From an uncultured Faecalibacterium sp. (GTDB lineage: Bacteria; Bacillota; Clostridia; Christensenellales; CAG-917): 64,000 bases of DNA. How positions within the stretch are numbered: position 1 is the stretch's first letter; the number at the start of each line of letters is the position of its first letter. The translations under genes were made by a program, and so were the position numbers. Where the stretch lies: NCBI GenBank assembly GCA_964495385.1, contig CAZBVO010000001.1, positions 2,127-66,126 of the forward strand, written 5' to 3'. Shown here one piece after another: positions 30,595 through 41,765 of this stretch. The notes beneath the pieces are model-generated. The model did not search any database. It was not told where the DNA came from and saw only the letters and a program-made list of their open reading frames with translations.

Positions 30595-31344
30595 CTATGC
30601 GACAGATCGATCTTGCTTTTTTCGTTTCTTAATTAGTATTATTGCGGTCGCCGTGGCAGCAACAAAAACCGCCGTTGCGGCCAAAGTGCCGTACCAAGCC
30701 GCCTGATTTACCTGACGGTAGCGATACTTCACAACGGCATCTTCGTTAAGGTCGTAGCGCAAAACTTTAAGTTCGCCGTCGGTGTACTCCTCGCCGTTGT
30801 CGGCAAACATCGAGCGATACTTCGATGCGTATTCGTAGGTGAATTTAAGGCTGTTCGGATCTATTATAACATCTCCGTCCGAGTATTGCAAGGCCTTCCT
30901 CAGCACCGTAAAATAAACGTAATCGTACATCGCATCCGACGATTTTGTAAACGCCGTATGCCCTTCGTGGCAGACGTTTGTGAAGAAGAAGCCTTTTTTG
31001 ACTTGGGTTTTGTCCTCGATGTAGCCGGTTTTTAAGGCGTTCTCCTGCCCCGCGTCGCCTTTTAGCGATAAAGTGGCCACGACGGTCAGGTTTTCTAAAT
31101 CCTTTGTTACGGAATATCCTTCGTCTTCAAAAGCGGCGGCAATGCTGTCCAACACCTTTGACGGTTTGTAACCGTTGCGCACGAGAAGCTCGCCGTCGAG
31201 ATTCACCGTCACCGTTTGATAGGACGAGTTTCCGTCGTCGGTGTAACGGAAAGTTACCTCCGCACATCCCGAAGCCGCCGCCGCAAAAGCGACCAGCAGC
31301 ACCGAGACAAGCAGAATTTTAAGTTTTAAATTACCTTTTTTCAA
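30595..31344 (-). CDS. hypothetical lipoprotein with C-terminal TM anchor
   Basis: The signal peptide ends in the lipobox AASGC. The C-terminus has a hydrophobic segment plus KKRKK. The TTG start overlaps the pepF TGA (TTGA). Confidence 0.6.
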   Translation of the reverse strand: MKKGNLKLKILLVSVLLVAFAAAASGCAEVTFRYTDDGNSSYQTVTVNLDGELLVRNGYKPSKVLDSIAAAFEDEGYSVTKDLENLTVVATLSLKGDAGQENALKTGYIEDKTQVKKGFFFTNVCHEGHTAFTKSSDAMYDYVYFTVLRKALQYSDGDVIIDPNSLKFTYEYASKYRSMFADNGEEYTDGELKVLRYDLNEDAVVKYRYRQVNQAAWYGTLAATAVFVAATATAIILIKKRKKQDRSVA

Positions 31345-33125
31345 TATATTTTGATAAGTTCGTTGAGAGTGTCCTTAAACTCCTTCATTGCAACCTTGAA
31401 AGGTTGTTCGGTGGTAAGATCCACGCCTGCCAACTTCAAAATTTCGATAGGAGGCATGCTTCCGCCTGCGGAAAGGAACTGCTTATAGCCCTTAACCGCT
31501 TTGTCGCCGTTTTTCAAAATGTTGTTTACGATTGAAATTGCGGCGGTTATGCCGGTTGCATACTGATAAACGTAGAAGCTGGTGTAGAAGTGCGGAATTC
31601 TTGCCCATTCGTATTTGATAAGATCGTTGTGCGTAACCGCCTTGCCGTAGTATTTTTTGTTGAGGCCATAGTAGATGTCGTTAAGCGTGTTGGCGGTGAT
31701 AGGAGTGTTCTGCTCGGCAAGTTTGTGCGCTTCCAGCTCGAATTCGGCAAACATGGTCTGTCTAAACAACGTGGTGCGGAACATATCCAAATAGTAGCTG
31801 AGCAAATACTTCTTCATTTCGACGTCTTTGGTTTTGGAAATGAGATATTTGAGCATCAAAACTTCGTTTACGGTGCTTGCTATTTCGGCGACGAAAATGA
31901 CGTAATCGCTCTTAGAGAACGGTTGATTTTTCTGGCTGTAATAGCTGTGCATTGCGTGGCCGAGTTCGTGTGCGACGGTGAAAATGTCGTGGCTGGTTTG
32001 TTGATAATTCAACAAAACGTACGGATGGCAACCGTAAGTCGAAGTGCTGTATGCGCCGCTCCTCTTGCCTTTCGTTTCGCAAACGTCAATCCAACCGTTG
32101 GAATAAGCTTCGTCCAAAAGTCCTTGATATTCCTCGCCCAAAGGCATAAGAGCTTCCTTGACCATCTTGTACGCCTTCTCGTACGGTACGGAAAGTTCGA
32201 CGTCTTTGACGATGGAAGTGTGCAAATCCCACATGTTCAGTTTGTCCAAACCGAGAGCCTTTTTCCTGAACGCCATGTATTTGTGCATGTATTTGCAGTT
32301 GTCGTTGACGGTTTTGATAAGGTTGTTGTAAGCGGCCGGATCGACGTCGTTGTTTTCCAAAGCCATGTTCAGGCAGCTGTCGTAGTGACGGGTTCTTGCC
32401 ATAAAAGCGTTTTTCTTGACGTGGTTTCCGTAAAGAGCGGCAATGGTGTTGATGTGATCTTTGTAGGCTTCGAACATGCTTTCGAAAGCATCTTGGCGGG
32501 TAGCCTGATCACTGCTCTGCAAAGCAAAGCCGTAAACGCCGTGGCTCATTTCGGTTTCGACACCGTCTATTTTGATTTTGCGGAATTTTACGTCGGCGTT
32601 GTCAAACATCGAAAACGCTTCGCTGAATCCGCCCGAAAAACTGCCGATGTTTGCCAAAACGTTCTCCACTTCCTCCGACAAAACGTGTTTTTTGTCCTTA
32701 GCGAGTTTTTTGGCCATATAATCGTAATCGGAAAATTCCGGCTTTTCGGCAAGGGCCAAAAGTTCCTCGGCACTGCGCTGGCAGATTTCCGTTTCGACAA
32801 AGCTCAGCGAGCTTCCGATCATTACAAACGCCGTCTGAATGCGACGTTGCATCTGCTGATAGTTGTCGTCGCGAGTATCGACGTCGGAATTCATGTGAGC
32901 GTACAAATACAACTTTATAAGTTCAACCATGAGTTCGTCCTGTTTTTTCAAAAAGTCCAACAGCACGGCGTCGTCGCCCAATTTTCCTTTGTAAGTCGGA
33001 AGAATTTTGACGTCTTCCATAAGTTTTGCAAACTTTTCGTTCCAGACTTCGTCGTTTTCGATAACGTGCGAAACCTTCCATTTGTATTTTTCGTTGACTT
33101 TTTTCCTTTCAAGAACTTTTGCCAT
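31341..33125 (-). CDS. pepF: oligoendopeptidase F (M3B metallopeptidase)
   Basis: 594-aa ORF with the HELGHAMH zinc motif and M3B-type length and layout. Confidence 0.9.
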   Translation of the reverse strand: MAKVLERKKVNEKYKWKVSHVIENDEVWNEKFAKLMEDVKILPTYKGKLGDDAVLLDFLKKQDELMVELIKLYLYAHMNSDVDTRDDNYQQMQRRIQTAFVMIGSSLSFVETEICQRSAEELLALAEKPEFSDYDYMAKKLAKDKKHVLSEEVENVLANIGSFSGGFSEAFSMFDNADVKFRKIKIDGVETEMSHGVYGFALQSSDQATRQDAFESMFEAYKDHINTIAALYGNHVKKNAFMARTRHYDSCLNMALENNDVDPAAYNNLIKTVNDNCKYMHKYMAFRKKALGLDKLNMWDLHTSIVKDVELSVPYEKAYKMVKEALMPLGEEYQGLLDEAYSNGWIDVCETKGKRSGAYSTSTYGCHPYVLLNYQQTSHDIFTVAHELGHAMHSYYSQKNQPFSKSDYVIFVAEIASTVNEVLMLKYLISKTKDVEMKKYLLSYYLDMFRTTLFRQTMFAEFELEAHKLAEQNTPITANTLNDIYYGLNKKYYGKAVTHNDLIKYEWARIPHFYTSFYVYQYATGITAAISIVNNILKNGDKAVKGYKQFLSAGGSMPPIEILKLAGVDLTTEQPFKVAMKEFKDTLNELIKIY

Positions 33126-33140
33126 AAATATTCTCCTTTT

Positions 33141-34625
33141 TTAGTTATCGTATAAATTCTGACTCGCAAAGCGAGGTTCTGACGTGACGTTGATTTGCAA
33201 CTTTCTGAGCATGTTTTCGTCCACAGGAAGCAACATACGGCTGGAATGCAGTTCGGTGTGTTTAAGTTCTTCCAGTTTTTCCACGGTATCTCGAACGATA
33301 TCGTTGGTGGCGGCGCAAATGCTAAGTGCTATAAGCACTTCTTCAAGGTTCAATCTGAAATTCTTGTCGCCCAAAGTTTGCTGTTTAAGCTTGGTTATAG
33401 GTTCCAAAACGTTGGGTGCCAACAATTTGAACCTGTCCGGAACTTTTGCAAGCACCTTGACCGCGTTTATGATGCAACTTGCCGGAGCGGTCATAAGTTT
33501 GGTGTTTTTGCCGGTAACCACGGTTCCGTCCGCAAGTTCCAACGCACAGCAGCATTCTCCGCATTTGCTCTCTTTTTCAAGTGCCGGCCAAACAGCTTTT
33601 CTGTCCGTCGATTTAAGCCCGAGTTCGCTCATCAACAGCTCCAGTTTTTCCACGGTTTCCGAGTCGGCGGATCCGTTTTTGTGGTCGCACAAACCTTTGA
33701 AATAGCGGCGAATAATTTCCTGAGAGGCGGCCTCTCGGCACGCTTCGTCGTCGGTTATGGCATAGCCTGCCATATTCACGCCCATGTCCGTCGGCGATTT
33801 GTAATTCAAACCGTTGTCGCTGATTTTGCCGAGAATGGACCTGACCACCGGAAACACTTCGATGTCCCTGTTGTAGTTTACGGTAGTGGCGCCGTAAGCT
33901 TCGAGGTGGAAATAGTCTATCATGTTCACGTCCTTAATGTCGGCCGTTGCGGCCTCGTAAGCGATGTTCACCGGATGTTTCAAAGGCAAATTCCACACAG
34001 GGAAAGTTTCAAACTTGGCGTATCCCGCCTTGACTCCCCTTTTGTATTCGTGATAAAGCTGGCACAGACAGGTGGCAAGCTTGCCGCTGTTAGGGCCCGG
34101 TGCGTTCACGACAACCAAAGGCCTTGTGGTTTCGATGTACGGATTGCGCCCGTAGCCTTCGTCGCTGACGATAGTGTCTACGTCGGTCGGATAGCCCTTG
34201 GTGAGCGTGTGGATGTACACTTTAACCCCCCTGTTTTCCAGTTTTGTTTTGTAGGCGACGGCCTGCGGCTGATCCTTAAACTTGGTGATAACCACGCTGT
34301 TGACCATAATCCCCATATCGGTCATCACGTCGATAAGTCTCATAATTTCGGTGCCGTAAGTGATGCCGTAATCGGCACGAATCTTGTTGCGAGCTATGTC
34401 GTCGGCAGAAATGGCGAAAATGATTTCCGCCTTGTCTTTCAACTTTTGCAAAAGTTTTATTTTTGCGTTTGCGTCGAAACCGGGCAACACTCTTGCGGCG
34501 TGCAAATCGTCAAAAAGCTTGCCGCCGAACTCCAAATACAGTTTTCCGCCGGCCGCTTCGATGCGCTCCAAAATGTGCTCGTACTGCTTTTTCATGTAAA
34601 GCTTTGAATCGAATCCGATTTTCAT
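33141..34625 (-). CDS. UPF0371/DUF1846 family protein (conserved, function unknown)
   Basis: The N-terminus MKIGFDSKLYMKKQYEHILERI...LYLEFGGKLFDDLHAARVLPGF is characteristic of DUF1846. The start is set at ATG 34623-34625 with a GGAGGA RBS. The track start at 34655 lacks an RBS and overlaps parC. Confidence 0.8.
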   Translation of the reverse strand: MKIGFDSKLYMKKQYEHILERIEAAGGKLYLEFGGKLFDDLHAARVLPGFDANAKIKLLQKLKDKAEIIFAISADDIARNKIRADYGITYGTEIMRLIDVMTDMGIMVNSVVITKFKDQPQAVAYKTKLENRGVKVYIHTLTKGYPTDVDTIVSDEGYGRNPYIETTRPLVVVNAPGPNSGKLATCLCQLYHEYKRGVKAGYAKFETFPVWNLPLKHPVNIAYEAATADIKDVNMIDYFHLEAYGATTVNYNRDIEVFPVVRSILGKISDNGLNYKSPTDMGVNMAGYAITDDEACREAASQEIIRRYFKGLCDHKNGSADSETVEKLELLMSELGLKSTDRKAVWPALEKESKCGECCCALELADGTVVTGKNTKLMTAPASCIINAVKVLAKVPDRFKLLAPNVLEPITKLKQQTLGDKNFRLNLEEVLIALSICAATNDIVRDTVEKLEELKHTELHSSRMLLPVDENMLRKLQINVTSEPRFASQNLYDN

Positions 34626-34641
34626 CTGTTCCTCCGAATTT

Positions 34642-37077
34642 TTATCTTTCGGCATCCACTATGTGTTTTAAAGCCGAAACCTTTTTGCCTTTTACAAGTG
34701 CTTTACCCCGTCCCGTGCGGCTGTCCAAAGCGATGTCCTCGGTCGAGAAACCGTACACTTTTTCGCCGTCCGACAACATGACGTCGTAAGGCAGTTTGAC
34801 GTACGAAACCAGCGCAACCTTTGCTTTTGGCGGCAAATCCACCAGTTTTACGCCCTTGTTGTAACGCTTTGACGAATCGAAGCTCCACGCCAACACGCGT
34901 TTTGCGAAGCCCTCGTCGGTAACCACCACTATTTCGCCTTCGTCGTTAATCATCATGGCCGATTGCAACCTGTCGCCGTCGTTCAACTTAATTCCCTTAA
35001 CGCCTGCCGCATTACGCCCCTGCGTCGGGATTTCGTCCGCCTCGTAGACAAGGCAGATGCCGCCTTCGGTTGCCATAAACACCCTATACTCCGGCAAAAC
35101 CTCCTCAACGGACGTAAGCTTGTCGTCGTCGGTGAGATTTATGACCTTGAAAACGTTTTTCTGAACGTCCAATTCCTGCCACGGCGTACGTTTGACTGTG
35201 CCCGACGAAGTGAACATGACCGCATCGCCTTCCGGCAGAACGTCGAATGCAAAAACTTTGACTATTTTTTCCGTGGCGGAAGCACTCTTGTTAAGTTTTC
35301 CTATGCTTGCGCCCGACTCTCTCCATTTCTTTTCCGGAAGTTCGTCAAGCGACAGCCTGAAGCAATTTCCAAGGTCGGAAAACGCATAAATTTTTTGTTT
35401 GTTGTTTGCCGAGAGTGCCTGCGCAACCGCCGCCGAAACGTCGTTGTCCGCCGCCCTTCTCATTGCGCCGCCGAAACCTCTGTTGGTAACGAATTTCAGG
35501 CCTCCGTCCGCATTAAGCACCAGCACGCCCTCTTTGTAAACGACTTCGTCTTCGCTGTGATATTTCACTTCAATGTCCGCGCCTTCGGCCTTAATGTCGG
35601 TCATACGAGGTGTTTTGAACGCCTTTTTAATTTCCAACAGCTCTTTTTGCATAAGGCTGTTTTGGCGTCTGCGGCTTTGCAACAAAGCGGTGAGGTCTTC
35701 GATTTTTTTCTTTAACTCGACAAGTTCGTCCTCCAACGCCTTAACGTCCAAACCGGTGAGTCTGCGCAGTTTCATTTCCAAAATGGCCTGCGTCTGTCTG
35801 TCGGACAAATCGAACCTGCGTTTGAGTTCGTCGGCAGCGGCCGAAGCGGTCGGAGCCTTTTTGATTATTTTGATGACTTCGTCGATATTTTTTATGGCAA
35901 TAAACAAACCTTCGACGATTTCCGCCCTCAGTTTTGCCGCTTTAAGGTCGTACGTCGCTCTGCGAACGATAACCTGCCTTTGGTAATCGACGTAGTACTG
36001 AAGCATTTCGATAAGCCCCAGTTGCTTAGGTTTTCCGTCGGCAATGGCAACCATGTTGAAATTGTAGTTGCATTCCAAAGCGGTTTGTTTAAACAAAAAT
36101 CGCAAAATCTGTTCGGCGTTGCCGTCCTTTTTGACTTTGATAACCGCCCTCATACCCTCTCGGTCGCTCTCGTCGACTATGTCGGCGATGTATTGCAGGC
36201 AGGTATCCTTTTTTGCCTCCCTAAGCTCCAAAATTTTGGTAAGCAAATCGGTTTTTTTAAGCTGATACGGAATTTCGGTTATTACGATGTTCTTTTTGTC
36301 GCCTACGTCGTCTTCGATAAAGGCCTTTGCGCGCATCTTGACTTTGCCCTTGCCCGTTTCGTAAGCTTGCACCAGTTCGGGACCGCAAACTATGGTTCCG
36401 CCGGTAGGGAAATCCGGACCTTTAATATAGGTCATCATTTCCTCAAGCTTCATTTTAGGTTTGTCGATAAGTGCAACCGCACCGTCTATGACCTCGCCGA
36501 GGTTGTGCGGAGGGATGCTTGTGGACAAGCCGACCGCTATGCCGTCCGTTCCGTTTACCAACAGATTGGGGAATCTGCACGGAAGCGTAACGGGTTCTTT
36601 GAGGCTGTCGTCGAAGTTCCATTGCATTTCGACGGTGTCTTTGTCTAAATCTTTAAGCATTTCCAACGCAAGCGGCGTAAGCCTTGCTTCGGTGTAACGC
36701 ATTGCCGCCGCACCGTCGCCGTCCACGCTGCCGAAGTTGCCGTGTCCGTCAACCAACGTCATACGCATGTTGAACGGCTGTGCCAACCTTACCAAAGCTC
36801 CGTAAACGCTGCTGTCGCCGTGCGGATGGTATTTACCCAAGCAATCGCCGACGATACGGGCGCATTTTCTGTGCGGCTTGTCCGGGGTAACGTCAAGCTC
36901 GTACATGCTGTAAAGCACCCTTCTCTGAACAGGTTTCAAACCGTCTTCCACACGAGGCAAAGCACGGTCCAAAATAACCGTTTCCGAGTACGGCATCATG
37001 CTTTCGTGCATAACCGTCTCGAGAGGTTTTTCGTAAACGACCGAATTATCCGCTTCGATAATTTTTTCCTTAGCCAT
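34642..37077 (-). CDS. parC: type IIA topoisomerase subunit A (ParC-like; no GyrA box seen)
   Basis: 811-aa ORF with [12 protein letters not shown] and the active-site [10 protein letters not shown]. The C-terminal domain lacks a QRRGGKG-type GyrA box, which favours topoisomerase IV over gyrase. Confidence 0.7.
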   Translation of the reverse strand: MAKEKIIEADNSVVYEKPLETVMHESMMPYSETVILDRALPRVEDGLKPVQRRVLYSMYELDVTPDKPHRKCARIVGDCLGKYHPHGDSSVYGALVRLAQPFNMRMTLVDGHGNFGSVDGDGAAAMRYTEARLTPLALEMLKDLDKDTVEMQWNFDDSLKEPVTLPCRFPNLLVNGTDGIAVGLSTSIPPHNLGEVIDGAVALIDKPKMKLEEMMTYIKGPDFPTGGTIVCGPELVQAYETGKGKVKMRAKAFIEDDVGDKKNIVITEIPYQLKKTDLLTKILELREAKKDTCLQYIADIVDESDREGMRAVIKVKKDGNAEQILRFLFKQTALECNYNFNMVAIADGKPKQLGLIEMLQYYVDYQRQVIVRRATYDLKAAKLRAEIVEGLFIAIKNIDEVIKIIKKAPTASAAADELKRRFDLSDRQTQAILEMKLRRLTGLDVKALEDELVELKKKIEDLTALLQSRRRQNSLMQKELLEIKKAFKTPRMTDIKAEGADIEVKYHSEDEVVYKEGVLVLNADGGLKFVTNRGFGGAMRRAADNDVSAAVAQALSANNKQKIYAFSDLGNCFRLSLDELPEKKWRESGASIGKLNKSASATEKIVKVFAFDVLPEGDAVMFTSSGTVKRTPWQELDVQKNVFKVINLTDDDKLTSVEEVLPEYRVFMATEGGICLVYEADEIPTQGRNAAGVKGIKLNDGDRLQSAMMINDEGEIVVVTDEGFAKRVLAWSFDSSKRYNKGVKLVDLPPKAKVALVSYVKLPYDVMLSDGEKVYGFSTEDIALDSRTGRGKALVKGKKVSALKHIVDAER

Positions 37078-39041
37078 TATCTGTTACCTCCCGTCGGTTT
37101 TTCGAAATTGTCTTCCTTGTTGAAGTTTGCGTAAGCGTAAATATATTCCTTTCTCGGCTCGACCTTGTCGCCCATAAGCGTGCTTATGCGCTTGTCGGCA
37201 AGGGCTGCATCCTGAATGGTAACCCTGACCAAAGCCCTCTTTGACGGATCCATAGTGGTTTCCCAAAGCTGCTCCGGATTCATTTCGCCAAGGCCTTTGT
37301 AGCGTTGCAAATTATAGTTTCTGCCAAAGTCTTTTCTGGCTTCTTCCAGTTCATCGTCGTCATAGCAGTAGCGCACCTGATCTTTTTTCTGAAGCTTATA
37401 AAGCGGCGGCATTCCGATATAAACGTGTCCGCGCTGAATAAGCTCGCGCATGTGTCTGAAAAAGAAAGTCAGCAGCAACGCCCTGATGTGCGCGCCGTCG
37501 TAGTCGGCATCGGCCAAGATGATGATTTTGTGATATTTCAAGTCGCCGAGGTCGAAGTCCTCGTCGATGCCCGTGCCGAGAGCCGTGATTATCGTCCTTA
37601 TTTCGGCATTGTCCAAAATTTTGTCAATCGACGCCTTTTCGACGTTCAACGGTTTGCCTCGAAGAGGCAAAATAGCCTGAGTTCTGCGGTCTCTGCCCTG
37701 TTTTGCACTGCCGCCTGCCGAGTCGCCCTCAACGATAAAAAGCTCGTTAAATTCGGCTTTTCTGCCGCTGCAGCTGGCAAGTTTGCCCAACAAAGGCGCG
37801 CCGTCGAGGCTGTTTTTCTTTCGGCTGATTTCCTTTGCTTTTTTGACGCTTTCACGGGTTTTGGCCGCACCTGCCGCCTTGTTCAAAATCTTTTCGACGG
37901 TAGCTTTTGACGACTTAAGTCCCAAAAATTCCTCAAGCTTTTGGCCGACTATTTGCTCGGTCAAAATTTTTGCTTCGGGGTTTCCGAGTTTGGTTTTGGT
38001 CTGCCCCTCGAACTGAATGTTCTGCATCTTTATGGACAGAACCGCTGTCATACCCTCTCTGAAGTCCTCGCCCAAAAAGTTTTGGTCCTTATCCTTCAAA
38101 AAGCCGCTTTTTCTGGCATAGTCGTTCAAAGCCCTGGTTATTGCCGATTTGAAACCGACTTCGTGAGTGCCGCCGTCGGTGGTCGGGATGTTGTTGACGT
38201 AGCTTATGATGTTTTCCGAATAGGTATAGGTGTGCTGAAAAGCCACCGAAACCAAAAAGTTGCCGTCCGAACCCTCAAGCAAAATAGGATTGCGGTAAAT
38301 GGCGTCTTTTTCCTCGTTGATGTATTGCACGAAGTCCGAAACACCGCCCTCGTAGTGGAAAGTATCCGACTTGCCCGTGCCGCCGAAAAACGGCAAACGT
38401 TCGTCTTTAAGAACAAGCGTAACCTGTTTGTTCAAAAATGCGATTTCACGAAGACGCTCGGAAATGGTTTCGTAGCTGAAACGCTCGTTTCCGAACACTC
38501 TTTCGTCCGCTTTAAAGGTAACTCGTGTGCCAGTTTCCTTGGTTTTGCCGACGATTTTAAGGTCGGAAAGTTTGACGCCCGACTTGATTTTGCCGCCCAC
38601 TTCGGGGCTGTGGAAATCCTGTCTGTAATGGTTGCCGTCCTTAAAAACCTCAACGGTAAGCCATTCACTCAAAGCGTTTGTAACCGATGCGCCCACGCCG
38701 TGCAAACCGCCCGAAAAACCGTAGCTTTCGTTGTCGAACTTAGCGCCTGCGTGCAATTGGGTGTAAACAACCTCTACGCCCGAAATACCAAGCTTCGGAT
38801 GTTTGTCGACAGGCACGCCTCGCCCGTTGTCGGTAACGCGCATAACGTTGTCGTCAAGCATTTCGACTTCAACTTTGTTTCCGTGACCGTTGGTGATTTC
38901 GTCGATGCCGTTGTCGATGATTTCCCAAAGTATATGATGCAGGCCCTTGTTGCCGGTAGTACCGATATACATACCCGGACGCAACCTTACCGCGTCCAAA
39001 CCTTCCAGAACCTGTATGTCTTTTGCTTTATAATCTGCCAT
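37077..39041 (-). CDS. parE: type IIA topoisomerase subunit B (ParE/GyrB family)
   Basis: 654-aa ORF with GHKL ATPase motifs ([17 protein letters not shown]), Toprim EGDSAGG and PLRGK. It overlaps the A-subunit start. Confidence 0.7.
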   Translation of the reverse strand: MADYKAKDIQVLEGLDAVRLRPGMYIGTTGNKGLHHILWEIIDNGIDEITNGHGNKVEVEMLDDNVMRVTDNGRGVPVDKHPKLGISGVEVVYTQLHAGAKFDNESYGFSGGLHGVGASVTNALSEWLTVEVFKDGNHYRQDFHSPEVGGKIKSGVKLSDLKIVGKTKETGTRVTFKADERVFGNERFSYETISERLREIAFLNKQVTLVLKDERLPFFGGTGKSDTFHYEGGVSDFVQYINEEKDAIYRNPILLEGSDGNFLVSVAFQHTYTYSENIISYVNNIPTTDGGTHEVGFKSAITRALNDYARKSGFLKDKDQNFLGEDFREGMTAVLSIKMQNIQFEGQTKTKLGNPEAKILTEQIVGQKLEEFLGLKSSKATVEKILNKAAGAAKTRESVKKAKEISRKKNSLDGAPLLGKLASCSGRKAEFNELFIVEGDSAGGSAKQGRDRRTQAILPLRGKPLNVEKASIDKILDNAEIRTIITALGTGIDEDFDLGDLKYHKIIILADADYDGAHIRALLLTFFFRHMRELIQRGHVYIGMPPLYKLQKKDQVRYCYDDDELEEARKDFGRNYNLQRYKGLGEMNPEQLWETTMDPSKRALVRVTIQDAALADKRISTLMGDKVEPRKEYIYAYANFNKEDNFEKPTGGNR

Positions 39042-39300
39042 TTAAACCCCCGTAAATCCCAAGTGGGTGCGTGTAAATAAAATAATAACTCAATCATTAT
39101 AGCATAGTTTTCGCCAAAAAGATAGCACTGGAGACGGCAAAATCGGTTTTTGAAAAAATTTTTTACTTGCTTAACCGTCGTTATTGACAGAATTGACCGT
39201 ATTTTTGACACAAAGCATCGTATTTGACGGCTCCTGTTTTAAATTTTAAAGCCGAAGGCAACAATTGCCCGTATCGTACATAAACTTATTTGAGGTGAAC

Positions 39301-40344
39301 ATGAAAACAGTAGTTTTGACCGGCGGAGGCACGGCAGGCCACGTCATACCGCTTATCGCGCTTTTGCCCGAACTTGAAAAAAGATTTGACAAAATTTATT
39401 TTATCGGCGGTTGCGGTCCCGAAAAAGAACTTGCAAAAAAGGCCGGCCTTACCTATTTTCAAACCCAAACGATAGCTTTAAAGCGCAGCTTTTCGCCCAA
39501 AAACCTCGCAATACCCTTTATTCTCGAAAAAGGCGTGCGCCAAGCAGAGGCGCACCTTGAAAACGTAAACCCTTCCGTCGTTATCGGGAAAGGCGGCTAT
39601 GCGTCGCTGCCGACAATGCTTGCGGCAAAAAGGCTCGGAGTGCCTTCGGTTGCTCACGAAAGCGACCTGACCGTCGGTTTGGCAAACAAAATCGCTTGCA
39701 AATCCGGCAGAGCGTTGCTTCTGACCTCATTTCCCGAAACCAAAGGTTTCGGCCGAACGGTTTACACCGGGTTTCCTCTTCGCGAGTCGCTGTCGGAAGG
39801 CAACAAATTTCAAGCGGCAAAATCGCTTGATTTAAACCTTGACAAGCCCGTTCTTCTCGTAATGGGCGGTTCGTCGGGCGCCGAAGCCATAAACAAAGCC
39901 GTCGCGCTTGCCCTCGACAAACTGCTTGCTCAATTCAACGTTGTGCATATTGTCGGCAAACGCAATCCGCTTCCGCCCCTAAGGCAAAACTACCGTCCGC
40001 TTTCCTATTCCGATGACGTACAAAATCTTTACGCACTTGCCGACGTCGTCGTCTCCCGAGCAGGTGCAGGTGCCGTTTCCGAGCTGTCGTACCTAAAAAA
40101 ATCGGTGGTTTTGATACCGTTGCCGTCAAAAGCCAGCCGAGGCGACCAGCTTGACAACGCTCGCTATGCGCAAAGTTTCGGTGCGGTTGTTCTCGAACAG
40201 CAAAATCTTACGCCCGACACGCTTCTGTCCGCCGTCTGCCAAGCAAGAAACGTCAAAATGCGACCGCTGTCTACACCCGCAAACAAAATCATTGCCGACA
40301 TACTTGTTTCCGAAGCAAACGGAAACGGCAAAAAAATATTTTGA
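39301..40344 (+). CDS. murG: undecaprenyldiphospho-muramoylpentapeptide beta-N-acetylglucosaminyltransferase (MurG-like)
   Basis: GT28 family with the N-terminal TGGGTAGHVIP motif and a C-terminal GAGAVSEL motif. The start is set at ATG 39301 after a GAGGTG RBS. Confidence 0.8.
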   Translation: MKTVVLTGGGTAGHVIPLIALLPELEKRFDKIYFIGGCGPEKELAKKAGLTYFQTQTIALKRSFSPKNLAIPFILEKGVRQAEAHLENVNPSVVIGKGGYASLPTMLAAKRLGVPSVAHESDLTVGLANKIACKSGRALLLTSFPETKGFGRTVYTGFPLRESLSEGNKFQAAKSLDLNLDKPVLLVMGGSSGAEAINKAVALALDKLLAQFNVVHIVGKRNPLPPLRQNYRPLSYSDDVQNLYALADVVVSRAGAGAVSELSYLKKSVVLIPLPSKASRGDQLDNARYAQSFGAVVLEQQNLTPDTLLSAVCQARNVKMRPLSTPANKIIADILVSEANGNGKKIF

Positions 40345-40407
40345 CTTATTTTGAAACTTGCCGCCACCTCGAAAAAACGTCTGTTAAACTGCTTGCGGAG
40401 GTGGCAC

Positions 40408-41727
40408 ATGAAAAACTCATCGACCAAATGGCTTTTAGTAACCTTTCTTATCGGCATAAGCGTGTTGTGTTTTGCGCTTTACGAACAGTATTTTACCTCT
40501 GACACTCCGCCCGACACACCCCCTGCGGCCGCCGAACCGGAATCGCCCGACCCTCCTCAGACCGAGCCCGAGCAGCCGACCGTAACCCGAGTTTACAGCG
40601 AGTTTCCCAAAAAGGCCGAAGTATACGAAGGCATGGTAGCGCAAAACGTAGGCGGCTTAGGATGCGAGCGGCTGTTTGAAACGTACGCCGTCGGCGATAA
40701 TTATTACGTGTTTTTCGACAGCACTTCCGACAGCTACGACGTAAACTCCGACGGGGCAACCAAAGCGGTTTGCATGGCGAAAATCAACTCCAAACTCACT
40801 CTCGAAAGCGTATCCGTCATCGCAACCGAACAAACGGTAAAAGCCGTAAAAATCACGCCTACGGGATTTTTCGTGGCAACCGCGGCCGAGGATTTCGGCA
40901 AAATTTACGACGTTTCGTTTGACGGTGCCGTTCAAAACCAAGCGTTCACCGACCTGCCGACCGACGCAAAAATGTATCTTACAAACGGCGAAGTCCTTTG
41001 TTTTTTGACCGCAAAAAACAAAATCGAATGTCTTGTTTACAGCAATTCATTCGATCTTCTTCGCAGCTACAGCAAGTCGTTTTCCGGCGCCGAAAGCATA
41101 AATTCGGTGCTTCCTTCGGCAACCGGCTACACCGTAGCGGCCTGCTCGGACAGCGGATTTACTTTGTTCAATTTTGACCGAAACAGCGGTTTTAACGAAA
41201 CATTACTGTCCGTAAACGGCACGTTGTGCAATTTTGAACCAATTATATACAACAACAGCCAATGCTATTTGCTTGCCTGTTTGTCCGACGATGCGTTTGC
41301 GGTCACGCTTCTCGATTCAAACTTCGACGAACTTTACAAAACCACCCTAAATCGCCCCGAACAGGCTACCGCAATCCCCGTTGAGGACGGCTTTTTGCTC
41401 ATCACAACCGACGGCGATCAAACAAAATGGTTGCTTTATTGCGAGCATCTCGACTTCGTTTTGAATCTCAACGTCAACCTCAACGTAAGCCGTTTATGCT
41501 TTCACCAAACCTTAAATGACGGCGAACGTTTGTGCTTCGAATCGGACGGTTCTCTTGTCTACGCAACCTTCAAAAACGGCAATTTGGCCGTGGAACAAGC
41601 CTTCGAGGGCGCTTCGGGAGGCATAGCGATAGACGGCGTTCTGTGTTTCAACGCCAACGCAAAAAATGGTTTTTTCAAAAAATCTTTCGGCGACGACGAC
41701 GTCTACGTCCTAAAACCTGCCGCCTAA
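40408..41727 (+). CDS. hypothetical membrane-anchored extracytoplasmic protein (Pro/Glu-rich linker, beta-rich body)
   Basis: It has an N-terminal TM (WLLVTFLIGISVLCFALY), then a TPPDTPPAAAEPESPDPPQTEPEQP linker, then ~370 aa with no motif I recognise. The start is set at ATG 40408 after GGAGGTG. Confidence 0.55.
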   Translation: MKNSSTKWLLVTFLIGISVLCFALYEQYFTSDTPPDTPPAAAEPESPDPPQTEPEQPTVTRVYSEFPKKAEVYEGMVAQNVGGLGCERLFETYAVGDNYYVFFDSTSDSYDVNSDGATKAVCMAKINSKLTLESVSVIATEQTVKAVKITPTGFFVATAAEDFGKIYDVSFDGAVQNQAFTDLPTDAKMYLTNGEVLCFLTAKNKIECLVYSNSFDLLRSYSKSFSGAESINSVLPSATGYTVAACSDSGFTLFNFDRNSGFNETLLSVNGTLCNFEPIIYNNSQCYLLACLSDDAFAVTLLDSNFDELYKTTLNRPEQATAIPVEDGFLLITTDGDQTKWLLYCEHLDFVLNLNVNLNVSRLCFHQTLNDGERLCFESDGSLVYATFKNGNLAVEQAFEGASGGIAIDGVLCFNANAKNGFFKKSFGDDDVYVLKPAA

Positions 41728-41734
41728 CAAAAAA

Positions 41735-41765
41735 ATCCACCGCAAGTGCGATGGATTTATTTTTA
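41735..41765. terminator. bidirectional terminator at the left edge of the phage-derived island
   Basis: ATCCACCGCA / TGCGATGGAT stem (one mismatch), flanked by A7 on the left and TTTATTTTT on the right. The holin TAA (41763-41765) lies inside the T tract. Confidence 0.65.

Noticed and set aside
41732-41740. 9-bp direct repeat AAAATCCAC at 41732-41740 and 53107-53115, bracketing the island. Considered as possible attL/attR cores.
   Set aside because: The repeat is short and A-rich. Given the sizes of the two spacers, a chance match is not unlikely (roughly a few percent). With no integrase present it cannot be supported without an empty-site comparison in a related genome.
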